A stretch of DNA of 64,000 nucleotides. Origin: Candidatus Enteromonas sp. (GTDB lineage Bacteria > Bacillota_I > Bacilli_A > RFN20 > CAG-826). Positions within the stretch are counted from its first letter, which is position 1, and each line of letters starts with the position of its first letter. Below, piece after piece: positions 1 to 10,383 of the stretch. Under the pieces are notes generated by a model, which worked only from the letters and a program-made list of their open reading frames with translations, made no database searches and had not been told where the DNA came from. Where the stretch lies: NCBI GenBank assembly GCA_034089705.1, contig JAXDTZ010000014.1, positions 28,819 through 92,818 of the forward strand, given 5' to 3'. The position numbers were made by a program, and so were the translations under genes.

Positions 1-127
1 TCCCATATCCCAGAATCCATGCCCAAAGGTAGGTCGTGCGTTCGACCGCCCCTTCTTTTAATCCAAGTAGCGAAGAAGCGAGGGCGACGAGGGTGATCCC
101 CGCCCCGATAAGGACGGAGACGCCCAT
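1..127 (-). CDS. N-terminal fragment of a hydrophobic (membrane/secreted) protein, truncated by window start
   Basis: ATG at 127..125 on minus strand opens an unbroken frame to position 1 (MGVSVLIGAGITLVALASSLLGL...); hydrophobic N-terminus; no clear RBS; missed by the >=60 aa ORF track. Confidence 0.25.
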   Translation of the reverse strand, partial: MGVSVLIGAGITLVALASSLLGLKEGAVERTTYLWAWILGYG

Positions 128-180
128 GGTTTTGGAGAGAGAAAGCGCGGAAGAGCGCGGAGAAGAGTCGCGACTGGGGT

Positions 181-2289
181 TCATATGGCCTCCTTTGCGG
201 CGGAAACGAGAGTGCTGCGGGCGGGAACAATGATTTTCCCTCCTTCCGAATGGGCCTCTTTTGTTGAAAGAAGGACGGTTTGGTTGCCTTCTAAGGTGAA
301 AGGAATGTCGTGGTCGGTGGGATTAAAGAAGAATTCCAAATGGGTGAAGGGCTCAATCAGGCACTTATGGGTCGCGATTAAGCGGACGCAGCCATCGAAA
401 TCGGTGACGATGATGCCCCCATCAATGACCTTCGGATCGTAAACGTGGAGGAAGCGGGTGCGTTTGCGGAACAAAATGAATTTCGAAAGGGTTTCGACCA
501 TGTCGTAGCGTTCGTCCACGAGGAGCCCGGAAAGTTTGTTGTAGTCGTCCCCTTTGTTGTAGGTGTTTTCTTCCCCCCATTTGGAAGCAGCGATCTCTTG
601 CCCCATGTGGAGGAAAGGAACCCCGAAACTGAGCAAAACGGCGGCGCTGGCAGCCAAGACGAGTTCTTTTTTCTCTTGCTCGCCGAGGTCTTTCCTTCGG
701 GAAGAAAGAATGTCGAAATAGGTTCCGTTATCGTGGCATTCGATGTAATTGATGCTTTGCCTCGCGTCGAGGAACATCGGATTTTGGAAAAAGGGAAGCG
801 AAGAAGAAACGAGGGAGAATTTGAATTCGGGAATCGAATAGAAATCCCCGGAGAAGAAGCGTTTCGTGGCTTCGCGGTACGTATCGTTGAAGAAACCATA
901 CCCGGGAAGGAGCTTATAATTTTGCATTCTGCCGAGAGGAATCTTGGTTTCACCCCCCATGTTCCAACCTTCCCCGTATAACAAGAAATTGGGTTTGATC
1001 GCTTTGGCTTTCGTTTCGATTTCTTGGAGGGTTTTGACATCGATGATCCCCATGAGGTCGAAACGGAACCCATCCACGCGATAGAACTTCACCCACCAGA
1101 GGGCGCTATCGACGATGAGTTTCCTCACCATCGGGCGTTCGGTGTCGAGGTCATTCCCGCATCCGCTGGTATTGGCCCTTCTCCCGTCGCTGTTTCTTCG
1201 GAAATAGTAGTTCGGAACGGCTTTTTCGAAGATGCTGCGGGTGCTTTCGTAAACGTGATTGTACACCACGTCCATCACGACTCCGATGCGCGTATCGTGC
1301 AAAACGGAAATCATCCGTTTGCATTCCTCAATGCGGGAATAAGGATCGCGGGGATCGGTCGCGTAACTGCCTTCCGGGACAAAATACTGCATGGGGTCAT
1401 AACCCCAGTTGTAACGGGAGGAAGGATGCAGTTCGTCGACGGTCTGATAATCGTAGATCGGGAGGAGTTGGACGTGGGAGGGCCCAAGGGTTTTGAGATA
1501 ATCCAAAGCCGCAGGATGGCCTCCGATGGTCTTTCTGCCTTTTTCCACGAAGCCGAGGAACTTCCCCTTGTGCTCGATGTCCGTTTTCAAGGAAATCGTG
1601 AAATCGCGGACATGGGTTTCGTAAATCACCGCATCGGTGGGGGAAGGAATCACGGGAAGGGCGTCTTCGTTGTTTTGGATATGGTCAAAACGGGAGAAAT
1701 CAACGACCGCGGAAGCGCGCCCGTTTTCGACGCTCGCTTTGGCGTAGGGATCGGGGATTAGGTGCATCGTTTCGCTGTTGAGGACCGCGTATAGGTATTC
1801 ATACCCGTCCAAATCGCCTTCGATTTCCGCCACGAAAACCCCGCAATCGAGGCGCGTCGCTTCTTTGGCGAGGTAGGTTTCCTTGCTCCCGGCCTTGCGG
1901 AAACGGACTTCCACGAAACTCGCGACCGGGGCGAAAATTTTAAACACCGTTTTTTCTTTGGAGTAATTAGCGCCCAAATCATCGCCTTCGTAATGGTAAC
2001 GTTCGTCGAATCCTTCAAAGCTCGGGAATTCGTTCACGTCGAGATTCACCAATCCGAAGGGTTCGAGGCCAACAAAATAATGGTGGCCGAGTTCCAGGGG
2101 CTTGGCCAAATCGTAATCCCGAACGTAAAGCAGACCAAGGGAGGTTGATTTGGAAGGGGTCAACGCGATGGGTTCCTGCGAATCGATGATCAAGCAAGGC
2201 TTGGCGGAAGACAAAGGAAGGGAAGTAAAGGCCGCGATTCGGATTTTGTTGGGAGCGACGAGTTTGGCTCCGAGAAAAGAATTCTTCAT
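181..2289 (-). CDS. pulA: type I pullulanase (GH13 debranching enzyme)
   Basis: 702-aa ORF with GH13 catalytic-region motifs (YNWGYDP, DGFRFDLMG, GEGWN, VYNHV, ECHDN) and N-terminal CBM41/48-like region. Confidence 0.85.
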   Translation of the reverse strand: MKNSFLGAKLVAPNKIRIAAFTSLPLSSAKPCLIIDSQEPIALTPSKSTSLGLLYVRDYDLAKPLELGHHYFVGLEPFGLVNLDVNEFPSFEGFDERYHYEGDDLGANYSKEKTVFKIFAPVASFVEVRFRKAGSKETYLAKEATRLDCGVFVAEIEGDLDGYEYLYAVLNSETMHLIPDPYAKASVENGRASAVVDFSRFDHIQNNEDALPVIPSPTDAVIYETHVRDFTISLKTDIEHKGKFLGFVEKGRKTIGGHPAALDYLKTLGPSHVQLLPIYDYQTVDELHPSSRYNWGYDPMQYFVPEGSYATDPRDPYSRIEECKRMISVLHDTRIGVVMDVVYNHVYESTRSIFEKAVPNYYFRRNSDGRRANTSGCGNDLDTERPMVRKLIVDSALWWVKFYRVDGFRFDLMGIIDVKTLQEIETKAKAIKPNFLLYGEGWNMGGETKIPLGRMQNYKLLPGYGFFNDTYREATKRFFSGDFYSIPEFKFSLVSSSLPFFQNPMFLDARQSINYIECHDNGTYFDILSSRRKDLGEQEKKELVLAASAAVLLSFGVPFLHMGQEIAASKWGEENTYNKGDDYNKLSGLLVDERYDMVETLSKFILFRKRTRFLHVYDPKVIDGGIIVTDFDGCVRLIATHKCLIEPFTHLEFFFNPTDHDIPFTLEGNQTVLLSTKEAHSEGGKIIVPARSTLVSAAKEAI

Positions 2290-2302
2290 GAGATCACCTC
2301 AA

Positions 2303-5089
2303 TTATTCGTTATCCCCGGGAAGGGTCAATCGGTCCTTCGGGGCAGGAGTTTCATCTAGATTGTGACGGAGAACGGGGCAGCCTTTGGCACTGTTTCCTT
2401 GGCTTGGCCCGATGATGCCTTCTTCTCGCAGCCTTCGGAAGAGCTTGGAAGCCCGGGGATAGCCGACGTTGAAAGCCTGGGTGATTTGGGAAATCGAGGT
2501 GGAATCCCTCGCCATCACGTATTCCCTCACCCGACGGTAAATGCTCTCCTCGGTCATCCCATTGGCGTTCATGGATGGAGGAGTTTCTTCGGCAAGGGGC
2601 GCATCCGGGGTTTCTTCCTCTTCCTCGAGATTCAAGAAACGATCAAAGAATTGCTGGGGCCGTTTGGAGGCCGCGTCGTTGACGATGCGGTGGATTTCGG
2701 AGACTTCGATCAAGCATCCTTGGGCCCTGGTGAAGCCTTGGGCGCTCACTTCCCCCGAAGAAATCAGCATATCTCCGTATTTTAAGAGGGTTTCGGCTCC
2801 TCCTTGGCCTAAAATCGTCATGGAATCGACGACGCTTTGGACTTTTAAGGCGACGCGGGTCGTGAAGTTGGCCTTGATCGTTCCGTTGATGACTTTGGAA
2901 TCGGGGCGTTGGGTCGCGATGATCAAATGGATGCCGGCGCTTCGGGCTTTGGAAGCGAGGCGCAGCACCGGAGAAGTGACCTTCTCTTTTTGGGTTTCGA
3001 CGAGGTCGGCGAATTCGTCGACGATGCAAATCAGATACGGCATCGGGGGGAGGCCATGCTCCTTGCAATAATAGCCGTTATAGGATTCCACGTCGCGCAC
3101 TTCCGCTTCTTGGAAGATTTTGTTGCGCTCCTCCATTTCGTCCACGAGCCTCCCCAAGGCCGCGCCCGCTTGGGCGACGTCGCTGATGAGCGGGCAGGCG
3201 AGGTGGGGGTCTTTCCGATACATCGTGGTTTCCGTGCCTTTGGGGTCGATGAGGATCAAGCGCAAGGCATCGGGGGAATTCCGCATGAGCAGGGCGCAAA
3301 TGATCGAATGCATGAAAATGGATTTGCCGCTTCCGGTGGCCCCGCAAACGAGCATGTGGGGGAATTTGCGCAAATCCCCTTGGACCAGGCGGTTCTTGAT
3401 GTTGATGCCAAAAGGAATCATCAAGGGCGATTTGGTGGAAAGCTGCTCCATTATTTCGCGGAAAGGCACCGTGCGTCTCGTGGAATTGGGCACTTCCACC
3501 GCATAATTGTCCGTTCCGATGACGCGGTCGTTAAACCGGCAGAATTCCCCATAGAGTTTGCGGTCCAAGTTGGGGATGATCCGCGTGATGGAAGAAAGGG
3601 GAAGGCCCGGGCCGGGTTTGATTTCGTATAAGGTGACGGAAGGGCCGATCGAATAATCGACCACGTGGACGTCGAGACCGAATTCTTGGAAGAAAGAGTC
3701 GATGATTCCGGCGGTTTTGTTGCATTCTTCCGCCAAAGTGGCTTCCGTTTCTTCCGCGGTGGTGCTCTTCGGTTCGGTCAAATCCAATCCCGGAAGGGCG
3801 TAGGCCATTTGTTGAGCGAGTTCTCCATAACCGGCGAACGGCGTGTAACGGAATAACGGTTCGGGAGTCGGGGTGAAATGAGGCGCTTCTAAAGAAGGGG
3901 TAGGAACGCTTACCGAAGCGGGCGGAGGAGGAAGAGGAGTCTCTTCCTTCGTCGAGGTGGGCGCGAACGTAGCTTCCGGGGCTTCTTCAGGAGTAGGAAG
4001 GGGAGAAGGCACGGGGTCTAGCAAGGGGATTTCTTCCATCTCCGGAGCAAAAGAATCCGGTTCTTCTGCTTCAGAAGGAGAAGGGAGGGGAGTCGAAGGA
4101 ACTTCTTCTACCGGAAGAGTTGGCGAAGGAACGGCGATTTCTTCTTCGCTATCTTCTTCGCTCAAATAAGCGGGGATCAAGCCGCTGCGACGGGGAGGAA
4201 GGTCGTGCATGTAAGCCGGAGGCAAACCGCTTCCCTCTCCCAAAGGACTGTACCGTGGGGGTTCTGGACGAGAAAGGGGCATCGTCTCCGTAGATCGATA
4301 TGGGGCGGAGGAGGCGCGGACGAAACCCCCGAATTCCTTTCGGGGGGAATCCTCCGTTTCCACAAAGGGAGAAGCGGGCTCTTCCTCTTCTTCGGGAGGG
4401 AGGGGAGGCATCACGAAAACTTCTTTCTTTTCTTCCATAGGAGGCATATCGGGCTCACTTTGCAAGAAAGGAGGAAGGGTTTCTTCGGGTTCTTCTTCCT
4501 CTTCCGCGCTTTTTCTGGCTTTGGACAAGGCCTTACGGGCGGACAGGTAGGCGAAAAGTTTCCGAAGCAATGGCGAAAAATAAACCGTCAAGGAAAAAAT
4601 GAAGAGTAGGGTCACCGTCAAGACGGTCAAGAAAACCAAATCGGCTTGCTGGAGGGAAACCGCGAAAAGGAACCCGAGCATCCCCGTTCTGGTTTCGGGG
4701 GAAACAAAGAGCCCAAATGGGGTCTTTCCGGCCTCGAAAAACCCTTCCATAAAGGAAGGAAGGCTCGTCGGATCCTCATAAGCCCATGGGCCAATGAGGC
4801 CGAATAAGCCCGAAAGGGCGAGGCTAAGCAAGATGGTTCCAAGCCAAAACGGAAGGGGCAAACGGGCGTTTCCCCGTTTTTCTTTGGCAAACAAAGCGAT
4901 GCCCTGGGCAAAAAGGAAGGAAGGAACCAAAAGGTAACTCCCCATCCCGAAAAGGAGCATCAGCAGATAGCCAACCCCGTAAAACCGGGAGAAGGGGGCG
5001 AGAAGGAAGAACAAAGAAAGCAGCAATAGGAAAATCCCGCCCATTCGGGTCAAAGACGTTTTGCTTGGCTTCCCTTTTCTTTCCTTCAT
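2303..5089 (-). CDS. ftsK: DNA translocase FtsK/SpoIIIE
   Basis: 928 aa; N-terminal multi-TM region, long P/E-rich linker, C-terminal motor with Walker A (GATGSGKS), Walker B (IVDEFADL) and winged-helix gamma domain. Confidence 0.9.
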   Translation of the reverse strand: MKERKGKPSKTSLTRMGGIFLLLLSLFFLLAPFSRFYGVGYLLMLLFGMGSYLLVPSFLFAQGIALFAKEKRGNARLPLPFWLGTILLSLALSGLFGLIGPWAYEDPTSLPSFMEGFFEAGKTPFGLFVSPETRTGMLGFLFAVSLQQADLVFLTVLTVTLLFIFSLTVYFSPLLRKLFAYLSARKALSKARKSAEEEEEPEETLPPFLQSEPDMPPMEEKKEVFVMPPLPPEEEEEPASPFVETEDSPRKEFGGFVRASSAPYRSTETMPLSRPEPPRYSPLGEGSGLPPAYMHDLPPRRSGLIPAYLSEEDSEEEIAVPSPTLPVEEVPSTPLPSPSEAEEPDSFAPEMEEIPLLDPVPSPLPTPEEAPEATFAPTSTKEETPLPPPPASVSVPTPSLEAPHFTPTPEPLFRYTPFAGYGELAQQMAYALPGLDLTEPKSTTAEETEATLAEECNKTAGIIDSFFQEFGLDVHVVDYSIGPSVTLYEIKPGPGLPLSSITRIIPNLDRKLYGEFCRFNDRVIGTDNYAVEVPNSTRRTVPFREIMEQLSTKSPLMIPFGINIKNRLVQGDLRKFPHMLVCGATGSGKSIFMHSIICALLMRNSPDALRLILIDPKGTETTMYRKDPHLACPLISDVAQAGAALGRLVDEMEERNKIFQEAEVRDVESYNGYYCKEHGLPPMPYLICIVDEFADLVETQKEKVTSPVLRLASKARSAGIHLIIATQRPDSKVINGTIKANFTTRVALKVQSVVDSMTILGQGGAETLLKYGDMLISSGEVSAQGFTRAQGCLIEVSEIHRIVNDAASKRPQQFFDRFLNLEEEEETPDAPLAEETPPSMNANGMTEESIYRRVREYVMARDSTSISQITQAFNVGYPRASKLFRRLREEGIIGPSQGNSAKGCPVLRHNLDETPAPKDRLTLPGDNE

Positions 5090-5092
5090 GGC

Positions 5093-6763
5093 TTATTCCA
5101 CTTCTACGAGCAAGGGGATGACGAGGGGGTCTTTTCCCAGTTGCCGCCTGGCGGCGCGGGAAATGCGTTCATGCATGTTTTGGCGGAGTTCGGAGATGTT
5201 GTATCCGCCGGGACGCATGAATTCGGCGATGGTGGCTTCGAAAACCCGGATGAATTCCCGTTCGACGGATTCGAGTTCGCGCCCCATCGGGAACCCTTTG
5301 ATCTGCAAATCGGGCCCCGCGACGACGTCGTTGGCGCTCCGAGAGAGGGTCGCGGCCAAAATGACCAATCCTTCTCCCAAGCGTTGGCGGTCGCTTAAGA
5401 CTTCTTTGGAGACATCCCCGATGCCGGAGCCGTCAATCATGATGTCGCCATGAGGAACCGCTCCATCGAGAAGTTTGGCGCCTTTTTCATCGATCTGCAG
5501 AGTGAGCCCATTTTCGAGGACGAACACGGAATTGTGGTTCAAATTGATGCCCATTTCGAGGGCGAGGGAGGCGTTGGCGAGCAAATCCTTGAAGAGGCCT
5601 TTGACCGGAATGTAATATTTCGGCTTCAAAATCGAGGCCATCATTTTGAGGTCTTCTTCCGAAGCGTGCATCTTGAGGAACGCTTTCTTGGGGACGATCG
5701 TCACCTTGGCCGGGGAACGATAGAGTTCATCCGCCGCGTCGACGTATTCGATTTCGGTATTGTCGTTGGAGGGATTGGCCATAATGAAATGGTCGGTTTC
5801 CTTCAGGCGAACGCGGCGATCTTCGTTTTGCCCGGAAGCGAGCAAGGCGATTCGGTTGAACAGCTTCGATCCATACCCAAGCATGATGATGACGAGTTCG
5901 GGATCGCGGATGCGGAGAATGTCATCCAAAGAAGCGTAATTGGTCGGGGGAATGATGAGCTGCCCAGCGCTTGCCATTTCGTCGATCGCGGATTTGGTGG
6001 AAGCGTCATAGCAAATGACTTTTTTGCCATAGGCTTTCGACAAACGGATGATTTCCTCGAGGTTGTAGAGGTTGGCTTGGGACAAGGAGACGAATATGCG
6101 CCCTTCCGCGTTTTTGAAAATGGAATCGATGTGCGGCGTCAGTTTGTACAAAGGGGCTGTGTACCCGGCTTTTGACGCGTAAAGGGATTCGCTAAGAAGC
6201 GCAAGGGTGGGGACTTCGGCGAGGTTGGCTATGGCGTTCATGTCGCACAAATAGGCCGGGTCGGCGCTATTTTCAATCACGAAATCGCCGGTGAAAACGA
6301 TGTTTCCCAGGCTCGTTTCGATCGCGAGCCCCGAAGAGTGCGCGATATTGTGCGCGGTATGGAAGAAATGAAATTTCCGGCCTGCGATTTTGAATACGTC
6401 CGTCGCTTTAACCGGGCGAAGATCGTAATGGATATCCTTCTTTACGTGGAGGGTGAAAATCTCCAAAAGCTTCAAAGTGACCGAGCTTCCGTAGATCGGA
6501 GCGGGCACTTCTTCGTAAATGAAAGGCAACGCCCCGATTTCGTCGTCGTGGCCATGGAGCAAGATGTAAGCTTTCACGCGCTCCTTGTTTTCGATCAAGA
6601 AGTCGATACGGGGGATCACGTAATCCACTCCAGGCATCGTTTTATCCGGAATGAGGGCTCCGGTTTCCACGACGAAAATGTCGTCGTTGATGCAAACGCA
6701 GGTCATGCATTTGCCAATTTCATCTAACCCGCCGAGGGGGATAATTCGAATGGTATCGTTCAT
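5093..6763 (-). CDS. rnj: ribonuclease J (metallo-beta-lactamase/beta-CASP RNase)
   Basis: 556 aa; GGLDEIGKNC-like start, HGHDDEIGALP zinc motif, beta-CASP and C-terminal domain; 3 nt from ftsK. Confidence 0.9.
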   Translation of the reverse strand: MNDTIRIIPLGGLDEIGKCMTCVCINDDIFVVETGALIPDKTMPGVDYVIPRIDFLIENKERVKAYILLHGHDDEIGALPFIYEEVPAPIYGSSVTLKLLEIFTLHVKKDIHYDLRPVKATDVFKIAGRKFHFFHTAHNIAHSSGLAIETSLGNIVFTGDFVIENSADPAYLCDMNAIANLAEVPTLALLSESLYASKAGYTAPLYKLTPHIDSIFKNAEGRIFVSLSQANLYNLEEIIRLSKAYGKKVICYDASTKSAIDEMASAGQLIIPPTNYASLDDILRIRDPELVIIMLGYGSKLFNRIALLASGQNEDRRVRLKETDHFIMANPSNDNTEIEYVDAADELYRSPAKVTIVPKKAFLKMHASEEDLKMMASILKPKYYIPVKGLFKDLLANASLALEMGINLNHNSVFVLENGLTLQIDEKGAKLLDGAVPHGDIMIDGSGIGDVSKEVLSDRQRLGEGLVILAATLSRSANDVVAGPDLQIKGFPMGRELESVEREFIRVFEATIAEFMRPGGYNISELRQNMHERISRAARRQLGKDPLVIPLLVEVE

Positions 6764-6776
6764 GAAAGCCTCCTAA

Positions 6777-7337
6777 TCAGTACAAATCGAGAGTCGCCAA
6801 GGGCAAATCGTCATCGAGTTTTCGGATCTCGAGCCGAAGCCCATCCATCACCCCGTACGTCGGGGGGTTCCCGTTTTTGGGGAAAGAGGGGGATCCGGGA
6901 TTGAAATAGACGACGCCGTCGGCTTTTTTTAACATATAGACATGGGTGTGCCCGAAGAAGAGGATGTCTCCCCGTTGCACTTCGAGCAAATCGCTCGTGA
7001 GCAAATCCCCATGGATCAAATCGCAGCGAAAACCGTTGAGGTAATGCACTTTCGAATCGCTGGAAATATCGAAGTGCAAGAGGGTTTGGTCCACCCTGGA
7101 ATCGCAATTGCCCCGCACGGCGATGATGCGGCGGGACCATTTGTTGAACAAGGCGGCGCAACCCATGGGATCGTAATCGAGGGGCACGCCGTTTCGGGGT
7201 CCGTTATTGAGAGCGTCCCCCAAAAAGAGAATCTGGTCGGGTTGGAAGGTGGCGAAAAGAGTATCGAGCTTTTTCAAAACTTCGATACGTCCATGGGTAT
7301 CCGAAATGATCAGGGCCCTCAACGCTTCTTCCTCCAA
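6777..7337 (-). CDS. YfcE/MJ0936-family metallophosphoesterase
   Basis: 186 aa; motifs ISDTHG, GDALNNG, VRGNCDS, GHTHV typical of calcineurin-like phosphodiesterases. Confidence 0.75.
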   Translation of the reverse strand: MEEEALRALIISDTHGRIEVLKKLDTLFATFQPDQILFLGDALNNGPRNGVPLDYDPMGCAALFNKWSRRIIAVRGNCDSRVDQTLLHFDISSDSKVHYLNGFRCDLIHGDLLTSDLLEVQRGDILFFGHTHVYMLKKADGVVYFNPGSPSFPKNGNPPTYGVMDGLRLEIRKLDDDLPLATLDLY

Positions 7338-7349
7338 AATACGGGCGGA

Positions 7350-7721
7350 TCATTCTAACAAATCCCGCGTAGCGACCAAGTCTACGCCCGTACCGCCGAT
7401 ATTATGCACAATGACGTCGCCCAAATGAATGGGAACGTGAACAAATTGGCGGTTGACCTCGTGCATCAAATGGAGTTGGGATTCTTTGGGGATCGGCCCG
7501 GTCGTCTTGACGGGGCAAACCCGAAATACCACCGAATCGCATTTCACGGTGGTGGTGAGGGTGCGCATGGGGTGCGTTACTTCTTGGCGCCCATAGGCCG
7601 CCCCACGAGGGCAGAAATTGCCCGTGACGTTTCCGTTTTCGTCCACGACGAGGGAACACCCCCGCGGGCAAACGATGCAAGTTAATTCGGTTTTCATTGG
7701 ACCTCCTCCTTGCTCAGGCAT
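7350..7721 (-). CDS. DUF1667 domain protein (Cys-rich partner of GlpA-like dehydrogenases)
   Basis: 123 aa; CxxC pairs (CIVCPRGC, CPRGAAYG); overlaps the upstream oxidoreductase by ~28 nt as in clostridial glpA clusters. Confidence 0.65.
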   Translation of the reverse strand: MPEQGGGPMKTELTCIVCPRGCSLVVDENGNVTGNFCPRGAAYGRQEVTHPMRTLTTTVKCDSVVFRVCPVKTTGPIPKESQLHLMHEVNRQFVHVPIHLGDVIVHNIGGTGVDLVATRDLLE

Positions 7722-8947
7722 TCGACGATGAGGTCGCCTTCTTTGGAAAGGAGTTTCTTCGGCAAGCGGAAGATTTCCATTTCGCTAGGAACCATCGCGA
7801 GTTTCGGCGTCTTCTTAAGGATGGTCCCGTTTTGGGAATAGGTGATGACGACGTTGCGGCAAGGCTTTCGGACGCGGAATTTGATGGGGACCGTCCCTTC
7901 TTCTCCTATGGCGATCCGGCCAGGAACCACGTAAGAGATCCCTTTTCCGGGCTTGGCGGAAATATAGGTTTTCTCTTCCAATCCGTTCAAAAGATAAGAT
8001 GCGGCGGCTTTCCCTGCTTCTTTCCCTTCTTCCACCACGTAATCGACGAGGTCGTGGACGTGGAGGACGTTCCCGCAGCTGAAGACGCCGGGGATCGTCG
8101 TTTGGAGGGAATCGTCGACTTCCGAACCGCGGGTGGGGGATTTTTTTGCCCCCATCTTGTTGAGGAGGCCGTTATTGGGGAGTAGGCCCACCGAAAGCAG
8201 GAGGGTATCGACGTCGAAGCGCTTTTCCGTTCCGGGAATCGGCTTCAGGGATTCGTCCACCTGGCTGATTTCCACCCCTTCGAGGTGGCGTTTGCCATAA
8301 CAATTGGTGACGGTGTGGGAAAGGTACAAGGGGATGTCGAAATCCTTGAGGCACTGCTGGATGTTGCGGGCGAGGCCGTTGGAATAGGGCATGAGTTCCG
8401 CGACCCCCAAAACCCTGGCCCCTTCGAGAGTCATCCTTCGGGCCATGATGAGGCCGATGTCCCCCGATCCGAGGATGAAAACGCGCTTGCCGACCATATA
8501 GCCGTATTCATTGAGGTAAAGTTGGGCTTGGCCGGCGGTGATGATGCCCGCGGGGCGTTCCCCCGGGATGCCGATCGCCCCGGCGCTGCGTTCCAAGCAT
8601 CCGCTCGCCATGATGATGGCTTTGGCTTGGACTTCTTCCGCTCCTTTGGGGGAGATGTAGGTCACCACTTTGGTAGGGGAGATGGCGACGACGCTGGCTT
8701 TGGTTTCGCAGCGAATATCGCGTTTTTTGGCTTCGCGGACGAAACGGGTCAGAAATTCTGGGCCGGTCAGCTCTTCTTTGAATTCGTGGAGGCCGAAGCC
8801 GTTATGCACGCATTGGTTCAGGATGCCGCCGAGCACCTTTTCCCGCTCGAGGACCAGAATATCGCGGACGCCTTGGTCGAATGCGGATACCGCCGCGGAA
8901 AGGCCGGCCGAGCCGCCTCCGACAATCAGCAAATCAACGGTTTTCAT
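7694..8947 (-). CDS. FAD/NAD(P)-binding pyridine nucleotide-disulfide family oxidoreductase
   Basis: 417 aa; two Rossmann dinucleotide-binding motifs (VGGGSAGLSAA; ILGSGDIGLIMA); 4-nt overlap with upstream gene. Confidence 0.8.
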   Translation of the reverse strand: MKTVDLLIVGGGSAGLSAAVSAFDQGVRDILVLEREKVLGGILNQCVHNGFGLHEFKEELTGPEFLTRFVREAKKRDIRCETKASVVAISPTKVVTYISPKGAEEVQAKAIIMASGCLERSAGAIGIPGERPAGIITAGQAQLYLNEYGYMVGKRVFILGSGDIGLIMARRMTLEGARVLGVAELMPYSNGLARNIQQCLKDFDIPLYLSHTVTNCYGKRHLEGVEISQVDESLKPIPGTEKRFDVDTLLLSVGLLPNNGLLNKMGAKKSPTRGSEVDDSLQTTIPGVFSCGNVLHVHDLVDYVVEEGKEAGKAAASYLLNGLEEKTYISAKPGKGISYVVPGRIAIGEEGTVPIKFRVRKPCRNVVITYSQNGTILKKTPKLAMVPSEMEIFRLPKKLLSKEGDLIVECLSKEEVQ

Positions 8948-10383
8948 TCTTTGGACTCCTCCGCTAAAACATGGGATCCCGCTCGGGAATAGAGGACTTC
9001 GAGAGGCGAAATATGGAAGTGCTTAGCCAACAATAAAAGCACCTTGGGTTGGCAGAAGCCGCCTTGGCATTTGCCGAATCCCGCCCGCGTCCTCTTTTTG
9101 ATGGCGCGGATGGAACGGGCAGGAACGGAACGGGAAAGCACGTCTTCGATTTCTCCGAGGGTCACTTTTTCGCAATGGCAAATGACTTCGCCATAATGGG
9201 GATTCGATTCAATGAGGGCGTCGCGTTTTTGCTTGTTGAGCTTCAGCGGATGGACGTAGGGACGGACGCAGGGGTTCCAATCCAGCTTCTTTTGGAGCCC
9301 AAGAATCGGGGCGACGAGCGTTTCGGCCACGTATTGCCCAATCGCGGGGGCGGAAGCCAAACCCGGGGATTCGATGCCGGCGACATTGATGAATCCGGGG
9401 ACTGCTTTCGATTCCTCGATGATAAAGTCATGGGTCGTGGGAGTGGCACGAAGGCCCGAGAACACGCGAATCTGTTCGGGGAAGGGGATGGAGGGAATCA
9501 TTTTCAAAGCCGACGCCTTGATTTTCCCAAGCGTCGCCGTGTCGGTGGAAAGGTCTTCGGCTTCCATCGTAAGTTCGCTCGAAGGTCCTACGAGGTAATT
9601 GCCCGAAGTGGTCATCGTGACGAGAACGCCTTTCCCTTTCTTGGTGGGGAGAGGGAACACCACGTGGCGCACGAGGCCCGGGGCATAATGGTCGAGAACG
9701 AAATATTCCCCTTTCCTCGGGGTAATATCCCAAGGGACTTTTTCCACCATGGTGGCGATGCGGGCGCTTCCTAAGCCCGCGCAGTTGATGACCATTTTGG
9801 TTTCGTAAGAACCCCGTTCGGTCGTCACGGTGAAGGTTTCCCCGCGTTTTTCAATGGAAACCACTTCCTCGCTCAAATGGAGTTTCACCCCGTTGTCCAC
9901 GGCGTTTTCCATCGCGTGGATCGTGAGGGTGAAGGGATTGACGATGCCGGCGGTTGGGCAAAGCAGCGCCCCGGCGATTTCGGGGTTCAAGTTCGGTTCG
10001 ATCGCGAGGGCTTCTTCTTTGGAAAGAAGTTGGGTCGGAACACCGTTTTTCGCCCCGTTTTCGGCCAAGGCTTGCAGCCCAGGCAAATCTTCGGGATTCA
10101 TTGCGACGTTGAGGGACCCGACGTTCCCGTATTCAAAGTCGAGTTCTTTGGACAGGGCGGCAAACATCGCGCAGCCCTTGACGTTGAAATAGGCTTTTTT
10201 GGTGCCGGGGACGGGATCCACCCCGGAATGGACGATTGCGCTATTGGCCATCGAAGTCACGTCGCATACGTCGCATTCTTTTTCGAGGACCAAGATTTTA
10301 GCGGAATACTGGGAGAGATATCGGGCCACGAAAGCGCCGATGACCCCACCACCTACGATAATGATGTCTTTCATATGTGCCAT
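8944..10383 (-). CDS. FAD-dependent glycerol-3-phosphate dehydrogenase-like oxidoreductase with C-terminal BFD-like [2Fe-2S] domain
   Basis: 479 aa; N-terminal GGGVIGAFVA FAD motif, DAO-family core, C-terminal CHCEKVTLGEIED...CQGGFC BFD motif; alternative start ATG at 10374. Confidence 0.8.
   Translation of the reverse strand: MAHMKDIIIVGGGVIGAFVARYLSQYSAKILVLEKECDVCDVTSMANSAIVHSGVDPVPGTKKAYFNVKGCAMFAALSKELDFEYGNVGSLNVAMNPEDLPGLQALAENGAKNGVPTQLLSKEEALAIEPNLNPEIAGALLCPTAGIVNPFTLTIHAMENAVDNGVKLHLSEEVVSIEKRGETFTVTTERGSYETKMVINCAGLGSARIATMVEKVPWDITPRKGEYFVLDHYAPGLVRHVVFPLPTKKGKGVLVTMTTSGNYLVGPSSELTMEAEDLSTDTATLGKIKASALKMIPSIPFPEQIRVFSGLRATPTTHDFIIEESKAVPGFINVAGIESPGLASAPAIGQYVAETLVAPILGLQKKLDWNPCVRPYVHPLKLNKQKRDALIESNPHYGEVICHCEKVTLGEIEDVLSRSVPARSIRAIKKRTRAGFGKCQGGFCQPKVLLLLAKHFHISPLEVLYSRAGSHVLAEESKE

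Noticed and set aside
20-60. tRNA-like segment (GGTCGAACGCACGACC on the minus strand)
   Set aside because: Lacks the GTTCRANYC T-loop consensus, no acceptor-stem complementarity or CCA context, and it falls inside the frame of the N-terminal ORF fragment.
36-442. Short ORFs 36..233 (+) and 185..442 (+) at the window start
   Set aside because: They overlap the pullulanase 3' end on the opposite strand and the upstream intergenic gap. The only plausible coding signal in 1..127 is the minus-strand N-terminal fragment reported at low confidence.
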